Below, piece by piece: positions 1-10,735 of a stretch of 64,000 nt of DNA (positions are counted from its first letter, which is position 1; each line of letters starts with the position of its first letter). The notes beneath the pieces were generated by a model. That model was given only the letters and a program-made list of their open reading frames with translations. It searched no databases and was not told the origin of the DNA. The position numbers and the translations under genes are program-made. The stretch is from Anabaena sphaerica FACHB-251. Its GTDB lineage: Bacteria > Cyanobacteriota > Cyanobacteriia > Cyanobacteriales > Nostocaceae. Location: the NCBI RefSeq assembly GCF_014696825.1, contig NZ_JACJQU010000006.1, positions 24,542 through 88,541 of the forward strand. The letters are read 5' to 3'.

Positions 1-237
1 AAGCCCAAGAAATCAATTCGTTTTCCCGATCTTCGATGATGACTGCATCCCACTCAATGCTGCTGTCTAATGGACCACGGGTGATCCAGTGTGAACGCCT
101 ATCGTTGTATACTTTCACTTCTTTGAGATGCTTCATGAAGAGCGGCAAGTTCTCAAAGTTATGCCAAAAGCGGTAGAGTTCGTCTGCCCCTTTGTTAATC
201 GTCACTACCTTTTCAACTTTATTAGCATGGTTCATGA
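1..237 (-). CDS. Partial CDS (N-terminal part, continues off the left edge); SRPBCC / polyketide cyclase-dehydrase-like protein
   Basis: Reverse-strand translation from ATG at 237: MNHANKVEKVVTINKGADELYRFWHNFENLPLFMKHLKEVKV... resembles SRPBCC ligand-binding family. No stop before window edge. Confidence 0.45.
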
Positions 238-913
238 CCAGTGCCTCCGGTACTTGCTGTATATTTTTTTCTTGGAGTTTAGTGGGTCATGAACTATGGA
301 TTCAGCACCACCAATGGAAATTCCTTTTCAGATTAGACAAATTTGAGAGTTCAAACTCCAATATCATTTATAGGTAAAAATGAATTATTTATACCCTTTC
401 AATAGTCTTAGTTTTCAACTATTTTGATAGTCCAAAAGTAGTAATTGCCTATTTAGAGGTTTGTAGACAGGACTTCAGATCTATAAATTGTGTAGTTTCT
501 GATTCAGGATGATAGCAACCTAGAAACCCCTTTTTACTATAGGGATTCTCGGCTCTACAATCTTTGGCGGAGATGTCTAATATCAATACTGACTATTAGA
601 TATAGGACTCCTATTTGATTATTGAACAAGACTCAGTACACACGGAAAATCTTCTTACCTGTTCCCTGTTCTCTGTTGCCTGTTCCCTGCCTCTACGAAA
701 TATTCATAAATCAAATCGGATCAATATATGATATGTCCTAAAATTAAACTTCGCAAAAAAAAGTGGTAGAAGAATAAATTGAGTATCTACCACTTTCAGC
801 TAAATAGGTTATTCGGTTGAGCCTCACTTACAGGGTAAGTTGTCATCAATAAAGGAATAAACTACTCAATTTGTTCGGGCTTGAGTATTTGCGTCTTGGG
901 GCGGAACAAAATC

Positions 914-2083
914 TTAATTACTAATTCTTTTCCAAGTCAGTTCTCTTGTATTTTCATCCCAATACCAACGTAATAAACTAGCAGATTGATGGGGGGTAAG
1001 TGTGGGTAAATTCAGGGATTTTCTAGGTGCATCTGTAGCTAAGAAAATGGCTGTTTCAACATCACAAATCCCCCATTTTACCAAATTTTGTACTCCCGTC
1101 AATAAAGGTAAAGTTGTACCCGATAAAGTCCCATCTGCTAATCTAGCTGTACCATTTTTAACTGTAATTTTCCGATCATCCCAAGGATACACACCATCTG
1201 GTAATCCTAACGGTGCTAAAGCATCACTGACTAGAAATAAACCTTTACTAGCACGCAAGAGAATTTCTAACATGATGGGGACAACGTGCTGTCCATCAGC
1301 GATAAAACTAGACATCACATGGGGATGGTTCATAGCTGCACCTAATAATCCCGGTTCGCGGTGATGTAACGGTGGCATAGCATTGAAGGCATGAGTTACC
1401 ATTGTTGCACCGGCATCAAATGCTTGTTGTGCTTGTGCTGCTGTGGCTTGGGAATGTCCTAAACTAACAGTGATACCCAAGGAACACAAATAGGGGATCA
1501 CCTCCCCGGTGGGATCTAATTCTGGTGCTAGGGTGATGATTTTGACAACTGAGGCGTAGTTACCTAATACCCGCTTGACTTCGTTCATCGTCAAGGGTAA
1601 TAAATATTCTGCTGGATGTGCGCCTCGTTTACCATAATTCAAAAATGGTCCTTCGAGATGGACTCCGAGAATTTTTGCGCCGGATTTTTGATTATAGTTG
1701 GAGATGAGAGAGAGCGATCGCTGGATATTTTCTACAGAAGTCGTCACCAGAGTTGGTAAATAACCATCAACTCCTGCATCCCATAAAAACTGGGATATTT
1801 GATCTAACTGCTGGATATCTTTTTGCGTCAACTCAGGAAAAGCTAAACCTAGTCCCCCATTAATTTGTAAATCAACACCACCTAAAGATATCCAATCACC
1901 ACCGACATCCAAAATTTGTAAATCTTTTGGTGAAACTCGTTGACAAACTCTGCCCATGGGCAAAATTTGCTCAATTATACCATCTTCATTTACCCAAATC
2001 ATCTGCAAATCTTGATAACCGGGTACTCTTGCATTGATAATATCTACGTTTGACAGGATGGGATTTGGTGTTGCTTTGGTCAT
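914..2083 (-). CDS. nagA: N-acetylglucosamine-6-phosphate deacetylase (amidohydrolase superfamily)
   Basis: 389-aa ORF with NagA-like motifs (GGVDLQINGG, HLEGPF, HAFNAM, metal-binding His/Asp pattern). Confidence 0.75.
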   Translation of the reverse strand: MTKATPNPILSNVDIINARVPGYQDLQMIWVNEDGIIEQILPMGRVCQRVSPKDLQILDVGGDWISLGGVDLQINGGLGLAFPELTQKDIQQLDQISQFLWDAGVDGYLPTLVTTSVENIQRSLSLISNYNQKSGAKILGVHLEGPFLNYGKRGAHPAEYLLPLTMNEVKRVLGNYASVVKIITLAPELDPTGEVIPYLCSLGITVSLGHSQATAAQAQQAFDAGATMVTHAFNAMPPLHHREPGLLGAAMNHPHVMSSFIADGQHVVPIMLEILLRASKGLFLVSDALAPLGLPDGVYPWDDRKITVKNGTARLADGTLSGTTLPLLTGVQNLVKWGICDVETAIFLATDAPRKSLNLPTLTPHQSASLLRWYWDENTRELTWKRISN

Positions 2084-2153
2084 TACCCTAGCCAGAAACA
2101 GCTACATCTCAACCGATTGTAGATGGAAAAACTAGCAATTCAACTAAAATTGT

Positions 2154-2672
2154 ATGAGTCTTGAAATTGGTATTATCATGGGCAGTGATTCCGATTTGCC
2201 CACAATGAAAGATGCGATCGCTGTTTGTGAGGAATTTGGAATTGAATACGAAGTAGCCATAGTATCTGCCCATCGTACCCCAGAACGCATGGTGGAATAT
2301 GCCCAAACCGCACACCAACGAGGTATCAAAGTAATTATCGCTGGTGCTGGTGGTGCTGCCCATCTGCCTGGTATGGTAGCATCTTTAACCCCATTACCTG
2401 TAATTGGTGTTCCCGTAGCTACTCGCAATTTACAAGGTGTAGATTCTTTATATTCTATTGTGCAGATGCCAGCAGGTATTCCCGTTGCTACAGTGGCTAT
2501 TGGTAATGCTAAAAATGCCGGACTCTTAGCAGTGCAGATCCTCGCTACTCACCAACCAGAACTGCTGCAACAAGTCCAGGCATATCGTCAAAGCTTATGT
2601 GATATGGTAATGAATAAACAAAGCAAATTGCAAGAGTTGGGCTATCAACAATATTTACAGCAGATGTTTTAG
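2154..2672 (+). CDS. purE: N5-carboxyaminoimidazole ribonucleotide mutase
   Basis: 172-aa ORF; [13 protein letters not shown] ... [17 protein letters not shown] is the canonical PurE signature. Confidence 0.9.
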   Translation: MSLEIGIIMGSDSDLPTMKDAIAVCEEFGIEYEVAIVSAHRTPERMVEYAQTAHQRGIKVIIAGAGGAAHLPGMVASLTPLPVIGVPVATRNLQGVDSLYSIVQMPAGIPVATVAIGNAKNAGLLAVQILATHQPELLQQVQAYRQSLCDMVMNKQSKLQELGYQQYLQQMF

Positions 2673-3435
2673 CTTTTAGCGATCGCCCTACCAATAGAAA
2701 ACGAATAGCAAAAAATGTAACTTCAGCTTACTTTTTTGCTAAAATTCTCCTACACTATTAGTTACCTTATAATGGCTGTTGAATTGCTTGCATAATAACT
2801 TTTTAATATATTAAATGATTAAATGATTAATAATTTATATACTTAAGAAATATATGCTTTGAAGGTACACTGCTAATAGCGGCAAATGCTGATATTGCCA
2901 GGGTGATACAGGATATATCGACCTTCCCTTATTTTATCTATCTAGAAGCATAATTTATATCAAAATCCAAAAAATTGTATTTTACGATACAGAACATTTA
3001 ACTGTATTAAATAAAATTTAACTTTATTAAATACACAATCAATCAAATTTATTTCCTTGTTGTTTCACCAACTCAAAGCAGGAGTTAATCTAACTAATTC
3101 CTGTATATTCTCGTTCTCAATCATTCATTATTCAATTAACTGCATTGTGCCAGATTAAAAACTGCACCTTGACGAGTGATCATCCTTCATGAGAAATAGG
3201 GAATTGTTAATAAAAACAAACTTCTCAGCCCTTTTAGCATAAGGGCTAATGCCTCTTATGCTATTCAAACTAAATGTGTTTTAGCAAAGATAAAAAACAT
3301 CTAGAAACTAAAACATCAAAACCATGAGTTTTCAGATTTATTAGCAAAAATCTTGTGCAATTACCCCAATTAAACTAATTTATTTGGGTAAGCCAAAGAA
3401 AATCAATTGAAGCTTTTCTAGCCATACAAACAGCA

Positions 3436-4902
3436 ATGAATAAACGCATTAGTCCCTTACACCGCCTACTAGCACTAGCTATAGGCTCAATGGTCTTTGC
3501 AATTTTCGCTCCCACAGTTGTACAAGCAGCAGATCCGCCAACAGTACAATCTTTAGCGGACACAACAACAAAATTACAAATTTCCATTGATACCACCTGG
3601 GTACTACTCACTGGCTTTTTAGTCTTCTTCATGCAAACCGGTTTCTCGATGTTAGAAGCAGGTTTACTGCGACAAAGAGGAGTAGTTAACGCCTTACTAG
3701 AGAACTTCGTTGATGCAGCCGTAACTATTTTGGTTTGGTGGGGTATTGGCTTTGGTATCGCTTTCGGTACAAGTGCGGGGGGTTTCATTGGCACAGATAC
3801 CTTTTTTCTGAGTCAATTACCCGGTGCAGATGGTAGCTACCCGATGGGCGCACCTGGTTCCACTGCTGCAATTAATACCTATACCTTATTCTTCTTCCAA
3901 TTTGCCTTTGCTGCTACCGCTAGTACCATCACTACCGGTTCAATGGCGGGAAGAACAGACTTTATCGGTGACTTAATTTACAGCGCCATCATGGGTGCAT
4001 TTAGTTACCCACTTATTGTTCACTGGGTCTGGAACTCCAACGGCTGGTTATTTAAAATGGGTTTCCTCGACTTTGCTGGTAGTACAGTAGTTCACACCGT
4101 TGGCGGTTGGACAGCGATAGTTGGGGCTTATTTACTTGGTCCTCGTCCTGGACGTACACCTTGGGGAACACTCCCACCTGCACACAATTTAGGTTTAGCA
4201 GCCTTGGGAACCATGATTTTGTGGTTTGGTTGGTACGGTTTCAACCCTGGTTCTACCCTCAGCACTGGTAATACTGGTTTAATTGGGTTAGTCATCCTCA
4301 ATACTACTTTAGGTGCTGGTGGTGGCGCTTTATCAGCCATGTTTTACCAGTTTTTCCGTTCCGGTAAATGGGACCTAGTTTATTGTTTGAATGGTTCTTT
4401 AGCTGGTTTAGTAGGAGTTACCGCCGGTTGTGCTTTTATTCTCCCTTGGGCTGCGGTTTTAATTGGCTTAACCGGGGGAATTTTAGTAGTGCTGGGAATT
4501 GACTTAATTGAAGCAATGCACATTGATGACCCTGTAAGTGCCTTTGCAGTTCACGGTATCAATGGCATGATGGGTACTTTAGCGATCGGTTTTTTAGGTC
4601 AAAAAGAACTCACTGGTGGTAAAGCTGGTCTACTTTTAGGTGGTGGTTTTGACTTACTGGGTGTGCAAATTTTGGGTCTAGTTGCTGTCAGTGCATTTAC
4701 TATAGCTTTTGCCTTTGCAATGTTCTTGGGATTAAAAGCTATTGGTAAATTCCGTGTTGATCCTGAAGCTGATAAAATCGGGATTGATGCTTACGAACAC
4801 GGCGCTACTGTTTGGCCTGATGTTTACGCAGTGGAAGAGTTTGTTGAAGAACAACAAAATCATTCTAAAAAGCCTCGCATTGGTGCTTTTGAGGGTGAAT
4901 AA
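3436..4902 (+). CDS. amt: Ammonium transporter (Amt/MEP family) with N-terminal signal peptide
   Basis: 488-aa ORF with many TM helices; Amt signature stretches (DFAGSTVVHTVGGW, GPRPGR, VHGINGMMGTLAIG). Confidence 0.9.
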   Translation: MNKRISPLHRLLALAIGSMVFAIFAPTVVQAADPPTVQSLADTTTKLQISIDTTWVLLTGFLVFFMQTGFSMLEAGLLRQRGVVNALLENFVDAAVTILVWWGIGFGIAFGTSAGGFIGTDTFFLSQLPGADGSYPMGAPGSTAAINTYTLFFFQFAFAATASTITTGSMAGRTDFIGDLIYSAIMGAFSYPLIVHWVWNSNGWLFKMGFLDFAGSTVVHTVGGWTAIVGAYLLGPRPGRTPWGTLPPAHNLGLAALGTMILWFGWYGFNPGSTLSTGNTGLIGLVILNTTLGAGGGALSAMFYQFFRSGKWDLVYCLNGSLAGLVGVTAGCAFILPWAAVLIGLTGGILVVLGIDLIEAMHIDDPVSAFAVHGINGMMGTLAIGFLGQKELTGGKAGLLLGGGFDLLGVQILGLVAVSAFTIAFAFAMFLGLKAIGKFRVDPEADKIGIDAYEHGATVWPDVYAVEEFVEEQQNHSKKPRIGAFEGE

Positions 4903-4939
4903 ATCTGATCTTGATTTAGTCATCATTGATAAATAATTA

Positions 4940-4980
4940 GATCCCCGATTTTTTGGAGAAGTCGGGGATTTTTATATTTC
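4940..4980 (+). terminator. Rho-independent terminator-like hairpin downstream of amt
   Basis: Stem ATCCCCGA/TCGGGGAT with 12-nt loop, followed by TTTTATATTT; 38 bp after amt stop. Confidence 0.55.
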
Positions 4981-5090
4981 ACGTAATCTCCGTTAGGATA
5001 TCCCGCAGGGTAGGCGCTAAGGAGCGAAGGAAGAAAGGAAGAGTTCGGTTACAATGAGAATAGGGAAACACGGAACCTAGATTTATTCTT

Positions 5091-5381
5091 ATGAATTTAC
5101 GAGATAAAATTATTGCTCAAATTCGGGAAATACCAGACTCTTTAGTTCAGGAAGTTAGTGATTTTATCGACTTTCTATTAATTAAGCATAGCGGTAATCA
5201 ATGGGAATTGTGGCTAGAGTTTAAAGAATCTCTGGATATTGAGGAATATGATTTTGCTGACTATTTATCTGATTTAGAAGATGATGAAATTAAACAGAAG
5301 AAACTGATTGATGAACAAGCCGCACGAGATGATTTTTGGGCTAAAAGAGATGCAGAAATAAAACAAAAAAATAATACATAA
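5091..5381 (+). CDS. Hypothetical small acidic protein (96 aa)
   Basis: Intact ORF with reasonable codon usage; no recognisable motif. Confidence 0.4.
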   Translation: MNLRDKIIAQIREIPDSLVQEVSDFIDFLLIKHSGNQWELWLEFKESLDIEEYDFADYLSDLEDDEIKQKKLIDEQAARDDFWAKRDAEIKQKNNT

Positions 5382-5385
5382 TTTG

Positions 5386-5462
5386 AGTAGGTTGGGTTAA
5401 GTGAAGCGCAACCCAACACCAAATTACTAAAAATTGGGTTTCCTTACGTCAACCCAACCTAC
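5386..5462 (+). terminator. Nested inverted repeats (GTAGGTTGGGTT ... AACCCAACCTAC with inner GGTTGGGTT/AACCCAAC hairpin) immediately after the 5091..5381 ORF
   Basis: Perfect 12-bp outer arms about 50 nt apart plus inner hairpin; directly follows stop codon. Likely terminator or structured RNA element. Confidence 0.4.
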
Positions 5463-5671
5463 TTTACTGTAGTTCTTTCCGTCTCAGAATATCAAAGATT
5501 GACTAGATTGCTAAAAGATGAATTTCAACAATTTTGTGATCAAATTGGTGAAAATGCTGAAGCCAAAGGTATGACAGAAGAAAAACTTAAAGAAATTCTT
5601 GAGAGTGATGATAAAAGTTAAACAATAACCTACTCTTTTCGTCTCTGCGCCTCTGCGTCTTTGCGTGAGCA

Positions 5672-6040
5672 TTATTCCATCACATCAAACCACACAGGGG
5701 ATAAATCATCAACCTGCCCATTGTAATTAATAGTAATTTCTTCACCTTTCCTGATATCTTTATAAGCAATAATCTCAATTATATTTTTAGCAAAATTCTT
5801 CACATACAAAGCATTAGGATGATAGGAATGATTAAAAAGTGACGCAAAGCCTAAAGCTATAGCGCCACTTTCTCCATGCCAACCAAAATAATAATTAAGT
5901 AAAACAGTTTTAGTAATTAACTTAACTTGTTGTTTAGGGATAACAATCACTGGGGCTGTTTCAATTAATTCGCCTTTAGCAAAATCTTGATGAGCAAATA
6001 TACCTCTACCTTTAACTTCTGTATCACGAAATACTAGCAT
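5672..6040 (-). CDS. SET-domain protein (putative lysine methyltransferase)
   Basis: 122-aa ORF; NHSYHPNA...GEEITINY is a SET-domain C-terminal signature. Confidence 0.55.
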   Translation of the reverse strand: MLVFRDTEVKGRGIFAHQDFAKGELIETAPVIVIPKQQVKLITKTVLLNYYFGWHGESGAIALGFASLFNHSYHPNALYVKNFAKNIIEIIAYKDIRKGEEITINYNGQVDDLSPVWFDVME

Positions 6041-6237
6041 ATTGCAATTCTATCTGATTACTCATTACTACAGATAGACGCAGAGAAAACGAAGACAAAT
6101 TTTTGTCACTGACTTACGGCTGCTATAGTCACTATAAAGTCAAGGATTAGAGATGTTATCAAAATTTCCGTAAAATTTAATTTTTTGGGGAATATTATGT
6201 GCAGAATGGAGAATATTCATGTTATTATAAATATCCC

Positions 6238-6711
6238 ATGCTAACTATCATTGGTTGTGGCAATCTCAATCGTAATGACGATGCTGTAGGCGTAATCATC
6301 GCCCAACGTTTACAGCAATATCTCGCCCAAAATACTCACCCCCAAGTCCGCGTTTTTGATTGTGGTACTGCGGGAATGGAAGTGATGTTTCAAGCGAGAG
6401 GAAGTGAAAAATTAATTATTCTTGATGCTAGTTGCACAGATTCCGAAGCAGGTGCTATATTTAAAGTCCCAGGGAAAGAACTAGAAGCTCTACCAGAACC
6501 TAGTTATAACCTGCATGATTTTCGTTGGGATCATGCTTTAGCTGCGGGGAGAAAAATCTTTAAAGATGATTTCCCCCAAGATGTGACTGTTTATTTAATT
6601 GAAGCTGCAAATCTTGGTTTTGGACTAGATTTAAGTCCTGCTGTTCAACATTCTGTTGATTTAGTTTTGGCAGAACTAATCACAATTATAAACCAGAATG
6701 TGACGGCATAA
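6238..6711 (+). CDS. hupW: Hydrogenase maturation protease (HupW/HoxW/HybD family)
   Basis: MLTIIGCGNLNRNDDAVGV... with conserved acidic residues and His. ORF track starts 13 codons earlier (6199) but MLTIIG is the family-typical start. Confidence 0.7.
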   Translation: MLTIIGCGNLNRNDDAVGVIIAQRLQQYLAQNTHPQVRVFDCGTAGMEVMFQARGSEKLIILDASCTDSEAGAIFKVPGKELEALPEPSYNLHDFRWDHALAAGRKIFKDDFPQDVTVYLIEAANLGFGLDLSPAVQHSVDLVLAELITIINQNVTA

Positions 6712-6758
6712 TTAACAATCTCAAATCCAAAATCCAAAATCCAAAATCCAAAATCTAG

Positions 6759-7163
6759 TTATGCCCAGTCACGGTAAACTGATAGTTCATCTACCCTCAT
6801 TTCAAACGGTACAGCGTTAGCTTCTGGGGGACAGACGCGAATTTTTGCACTGCTGACAATGCTATAAAGTAAACTGGCCATTGGCACGATTTTCTGCAAA
6901 ATTCGCCAGTTGGTAACTTGGTCTGGGCATTCAATTACTAAAGTCATAGCACTAGCATGAGTTGTCATATACCAACGACAATGAGACAACAGATTTTGAA
7001 GTGTGCGATCGCATCCTTGATAAAAGTAACGGCTAATAGAATACTCTAGCTGTTGTCTCAGGATAATATCGGCTGATGTTGCTTGCATAGGGTGCTTATC
7101 ATCAGCATTGAATTCTGATTCTCTTCTGGCCATTTCTCTTGATTTTCCTATTTTACTTACCAA
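6759..7163 (-). CDS. Hypothetical protein (134 aa), last gene of overlapping three-gene operon
   Basis: ORF overlaps upstream gene by 11 bp (translational coupling). Confidence 0.4.
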   Translation of the reverse strand: MVSKIGKSREMARRESEFNADDKHPMQATSADIILRQQLEYSISRYFYQGCDRTLQNLLSHCRWYMTTHASAMTLVIECPDQVTNWRILQKIVPMASLLYSIVSSAKIRVCPPEANAVPFEMRVDELSVYRDWA

Positions 7164-8439
7164 TTGCCATTACATAAAGAACATCCTTATTGGTTCCTAG
7201 AAACGCTTGGGCTTCATCATCATAAAAAGCACCAATACCACTACAATCTATTCCCCAATAATTGCTGGATAGATATACTCTCTGTCCGATCAAACCAGCT
7301 AATTGCACAGCAGTTTGATAACTCAAATAATCGGACACAAAAAACAAAGTTACAGCGCAGTCTTTAGCCAGCGCCTGATTAATGCACAAGTAACCTGTTT
7401 TTTCGCTAAATTCACCCGACTCAATGAGATTCCTACCGTTATATAAACCGGGTGTCATGCCTTCAACACGATGCACCGCCGAGTAAATTTCTATTTTCTC
7501 AAAATTTTCTGTTGGGATTGGTTGCTGTATATCTTGCCAAATTTGCCAATAGATTTTTTGATCAATAGACTGCCTTTGAAAACGTCGAATAGAACGCCTA
7601 TTCCAAACGTTCTCAAAAAACCGTTCTCGGTGAAAATTAAATTGAGGATGTTCTAGCTTTTGCTGGTGACTAGGTTGCATTGATGTTGCTTGATAGGCAT
7701 CTTCAATGAATTGATTAGCTTGAAAATAGTCAGTACCACAAACAAAAGGAACTGATAACCTCAAGCGTCTGACTGGATTTTCGTGTGTCTCTCCCGATAT
7801 CACACAACTACTAATAAACTCCTTATTCTCAAATCCTAAATCAGCATTGAGAGAGAGTTTATCAAAGTCAAAGATTAAGTTGATGTTTTTTTCATGAAGA
7901 TATGCTGAAGCTGCAATAGCACCCAAATGGTGTCCGCTATCCAATAAGCAATATCTAATGCTCCTGTCTTGATATTTCCAGCTAGACCTATGATAAACAC
8001 AACTAACTAAAAAAATGAAGCCATTGATACGTTTATTGGGTATAATATAACTTTCTAAACCATCATCAATTAATTCATAAATCAACGTCAGACAATTATT
8101 CTCAACTTCGAGATGGTAGATGCCGTCTATAAATCCTTCAACACCACGAATCTGGATATAAACTTCCGTCGGATATAACGCCCCCGCTGAGGGATTTACC
8201 CGTAATTGATAGGGTTCGTTTTTGTAAATCTTCTCAAAAGTAATGGCGCTTGTTAACCTGATAAAAGCATGAATGGGATTATCGGGAATTAATTTCACTC
8301 GCCGATAAAATTTGGGATAAACTTTAAAGGCGCGGGGTTGAGTTGAGGCATCCACATAATTTGGATTCATCTGCACCGATAGGTAAGAATGCTTGGTAGC
8401 CTGGTGAAAGGCTGTTCCAGAAAGCTTACTGTGTGGCAT
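7153..8439 (-). CDS. SagB/ThcOx-type dehydrogenase (nitroreductase-fold) family protein
   Basis: 428 aa; two nitroreductase-like halves, RSIRRF motif typical of the nitroreductase superfamily. Overlaps ankyrin gene by 14 bp. Confidence 0.5.
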   Translation of the reverse strand: MPHSKLSGTAFHQATKHSYLSVQMNPNYVDASTQPRAFKVYPKFYRRVKLIPDNPIHAFIRLTSAITFEKIYKNEPYQLRVNPSAGALYPTEVYIQIRGVEGFIDGIYHLEVENNCLTLIYELIDDGLESYIIPNKRINGFIFLVSCVYHRSSWKYQDRSIRYCLLDSGHHLGAIAASAYLHEKNINLIFDFDKLSLNADLGFENKEFISSCVISGETHENPVRRLRLSVPFVCGTDYFQANQFIEDAYQATSMQPSHQQKLEHPQFNFHRERFFENVWNRRSIRRFQRQSIDQKIYWQIWQDIQQPIPTENFEKIEIYSAVHRVEGMTPGLYNGRNLIESGEFSEKTGYLCINQALAKDCAVTLFFVSDYLSYQTAVQLAGLIGQRVYLSSNYWGIDCSGIGAFYDDEAQAFLGTNKDVLYVMAIGK

Positions 8440-8890
8440 TTTTAAGTAACCTTAAAACTTCTATATTGCTGGCAAAGTCAATTGCTTTATAGTCATCCAA
8501 ATTTTGCAAATTCATGTTAGGATTATGTTGTAATAGCAATCTCACTACTTCTGTCTTTCCAGCCGATGCACCATACATCAGGACAGTTGCGCCATTATCA
8601 TTTTGATTGTTAATATCGATGTTGGCATCTAGCAGCAAATTGATTAAATCGTAGCGATCGCCAAAACAAGCAAACCACAGAGCATTATTGTGATCATTGT
8701 TTGTGGCGTTGATATCCACACCCGCATCTATCAGTTGTTTCACAATCGCGTATAATCCCTCCCTGGTAGCTTTCATTAAAGGTGTATCACCATTTTCACC
8801 ACGCTGATTTAAATCCTCAGCGTTGTAACCTTTTGTGTTTAGCCATTGGCTAGTTGCTGCACTCAAATTTGGTTGATTTGTTTGACTCAT
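8426..8890 (-). CDS. Ankyrin-repeat protein
   Basis: 154 aa with 3-4 ANK repeats (G-TPLM-A...G....V..LI.AGADIN). Confidence 0.7.
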   Translation of the reverse strand: MSQTNQPNLSAATSQWLNTKGYNAEDLNQRGENGDTPLMKATREGLYAIVKQLIDAGVDINATNNDHNNALWFACFGDRYDLINLLLDANIDINNQNDNGATVLMYGASAGKTEVVRLLLQHNPNMNLQNLDDYKAIDFASNIEVLRLLKNATQ

Positions 8891-9365
8891 AATTAGTTTT
8901 AGAAAAACAACTAAAGTAAGAATTCAGGAGTCAGGAGTCAGGAGTCAAAATATTTGCTTGCATCAGGAATATAGAGGAGCAAGTTATTAAAGAAATTATC
9001 AAGCTCGACTTAAAAGCCCTGATTCCTACTGAATTTTGTATTCTGAATCCTTAACAACTAAAAACATAATGGTGAGCAAAGCCCACCATATTTAAAAATC
9101 CTATTAGAGTTCTGAAAAACCAGCAGTAGCTGTTGAACAATTGCAATACCAATTCTCTGTGAAGTTGCCACAAATTAGATCCCCCCAACCCCCCTTAAAA
9201 AGGGGGGCTAAGAGAAATTTTATTTATCACCCTGGAAGAGAAAAGGTTTGAGGGAGCGACAAGGTATGTACAACATTAACTGATAGTGCAGCGTGGCGTG
9301 AGCCACTGACAGAACTAAGATACAAACAGACCTTTCACTCTGTCACTTATCACCTACTAAGTCTG

Positions 9366-9962
9366 TTATCCTACAGCTACTGGTTGTGCTTCTTCAGAAA
9401 ACATCTTTCTAGCAGTTTTGCCTGGTTTTGGTACACCATAAAAAGTGGCTTCTGCTTCGAGTTCGTCTACTATATCCCAAGCTTCAATTGCGCGTTTAGA
9501 ATCTGCACCATAGTTAGCAGCAATTGAGCGAGCTTCAGAGATAGCTTTTTGAATCTCTTTGCGTAAGAATTTTAATTTTGGTTTATCGACAAAGTTACCC
9601 TTGGTGAGTATATCGGTAACAGAAATAATGCCTAATAATTCACCTTGGATAACCGGCGCACGCCACACACCAGTATTAGCAAATAACCGCGCTACATATT
9701 CAATATCTAGATCAGGATTGACAACAACGCAGGGTTTAGTCATCACCTCGTAAACATGAACCCGTTCGGGATCTCTGCCAAAAGCAGCAACTTTGCCTAC
9801 AATATCCATTTCTGTCACCATACCGTAAGCATCGCCACTGTGACGAGGTTCAACAACTAAAGCCCGCAGTTCTTTGAGCCTCATTAGTTTGACTGCTTCT
9901 GCTACGGTTGCGGAACCGCGAATAGTAGCAACATCTTGAGTCATAATTTGTTTGGCTCTCAT
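9366..9962 (-). CDS. CBS-domain pair protein
   Basis: 198 aa, tandem CBS motifs (IMTQDVATI...; GIISVTDIL). Confidence 0.65.
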   Translation of the reverse strand: MRAKQIMTQDVATIRGSATVAEAVKLMRLKELRALVVEPRHSGDAYGMVTEMDIVGKVAAFGRDPERVHVYEVMTKPCVVVNPDLDIEYVARLFANTGVWRAPVIQGELLGIISVTDILTKGNFVDKPKLKFLRKEIQKAISEARSIAANYGADSKRAIEAWDIVDELEAEATFYGVPKPGKTARKMFSEEAQPVAVG

Positions 9963-10735
9963 AATTCCTGCTCCTTAAGTTCGGTTTAGCGAATCAGTGA
10001 ATTACTTCTAAACTGCTGCGGTTTTTCCTAAACTTTATCTCGGTAGCCTGCACCTTAATCAATAGAAATTGAATTGTGAGGCGTTATATTTACTGGCTAA
10101 AAAAGCAATTACTTTAATTAGATATTCCTGAGCCGGAGTGTTAAAAATCCTAGAGATTTTAATGAATCCGGTGATTTTGGGAATAAGGTTTACGCAGTTT
10201 CTCTATATTTTTATCTAGCTTTCTTACTCTTTACCTTTGTTGTAGGTTAACCAGGAATCAAGTAAGAATGTTTGTGCTAACTCTGTAACCGCTTTTTGTT
10301 GAGGTTTAGGTTCACTGCCAACAATTTAGCTTACTTATATATTATCACTCTGATAAGCTGGAATTATGAATGATTTATAAAGATCCACCCATTTTTGACC
10401 ATAAATCTGATTAAAAAATTGTTAAATGGACTACAGAAGCAGGAAATTATAGTCCATGTTTTAGATATTGGATATTACGATTTGTTATATGATTTATTGG
10501 TTATACAATATAGAAATTGCCATTAAAATAATATGAAATTTAGCTGATCAAAATAATATCCTCGATTTCTTTAATAAGTGGAGGATATAAATTTTTGCCA
10601 AATATAGTTATAACTTGTAGTCAAGTGATACCGTTTTTGGTTATTCTACTTGTAGATTAGGTATTAATAATCTGGGCTAACTGATCAATATATTAAATAC
10701 TGACCACGTATACCTGCAATTGCAACTGTGAGTCT

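Noticed and set aside
3375-3794. 139-aa ORF antisense to amt, plus other antisense ORFs (4128..4340, 22228..22482, 23163..23580, 53184..53753, 50753..51158, 1002..1364)
   Set aside because: Each lies entirely within and opposite a well-supported conserved gene, has no recognisable motifs, and is typical of GC-skewed antisense frames.
6199-6237. Upstream extension of hupW (MQNGEYSCYYKYP...)
   Set aside because: Family members start at MLTIIGCGN; the extension is AT-rich leader sequence.
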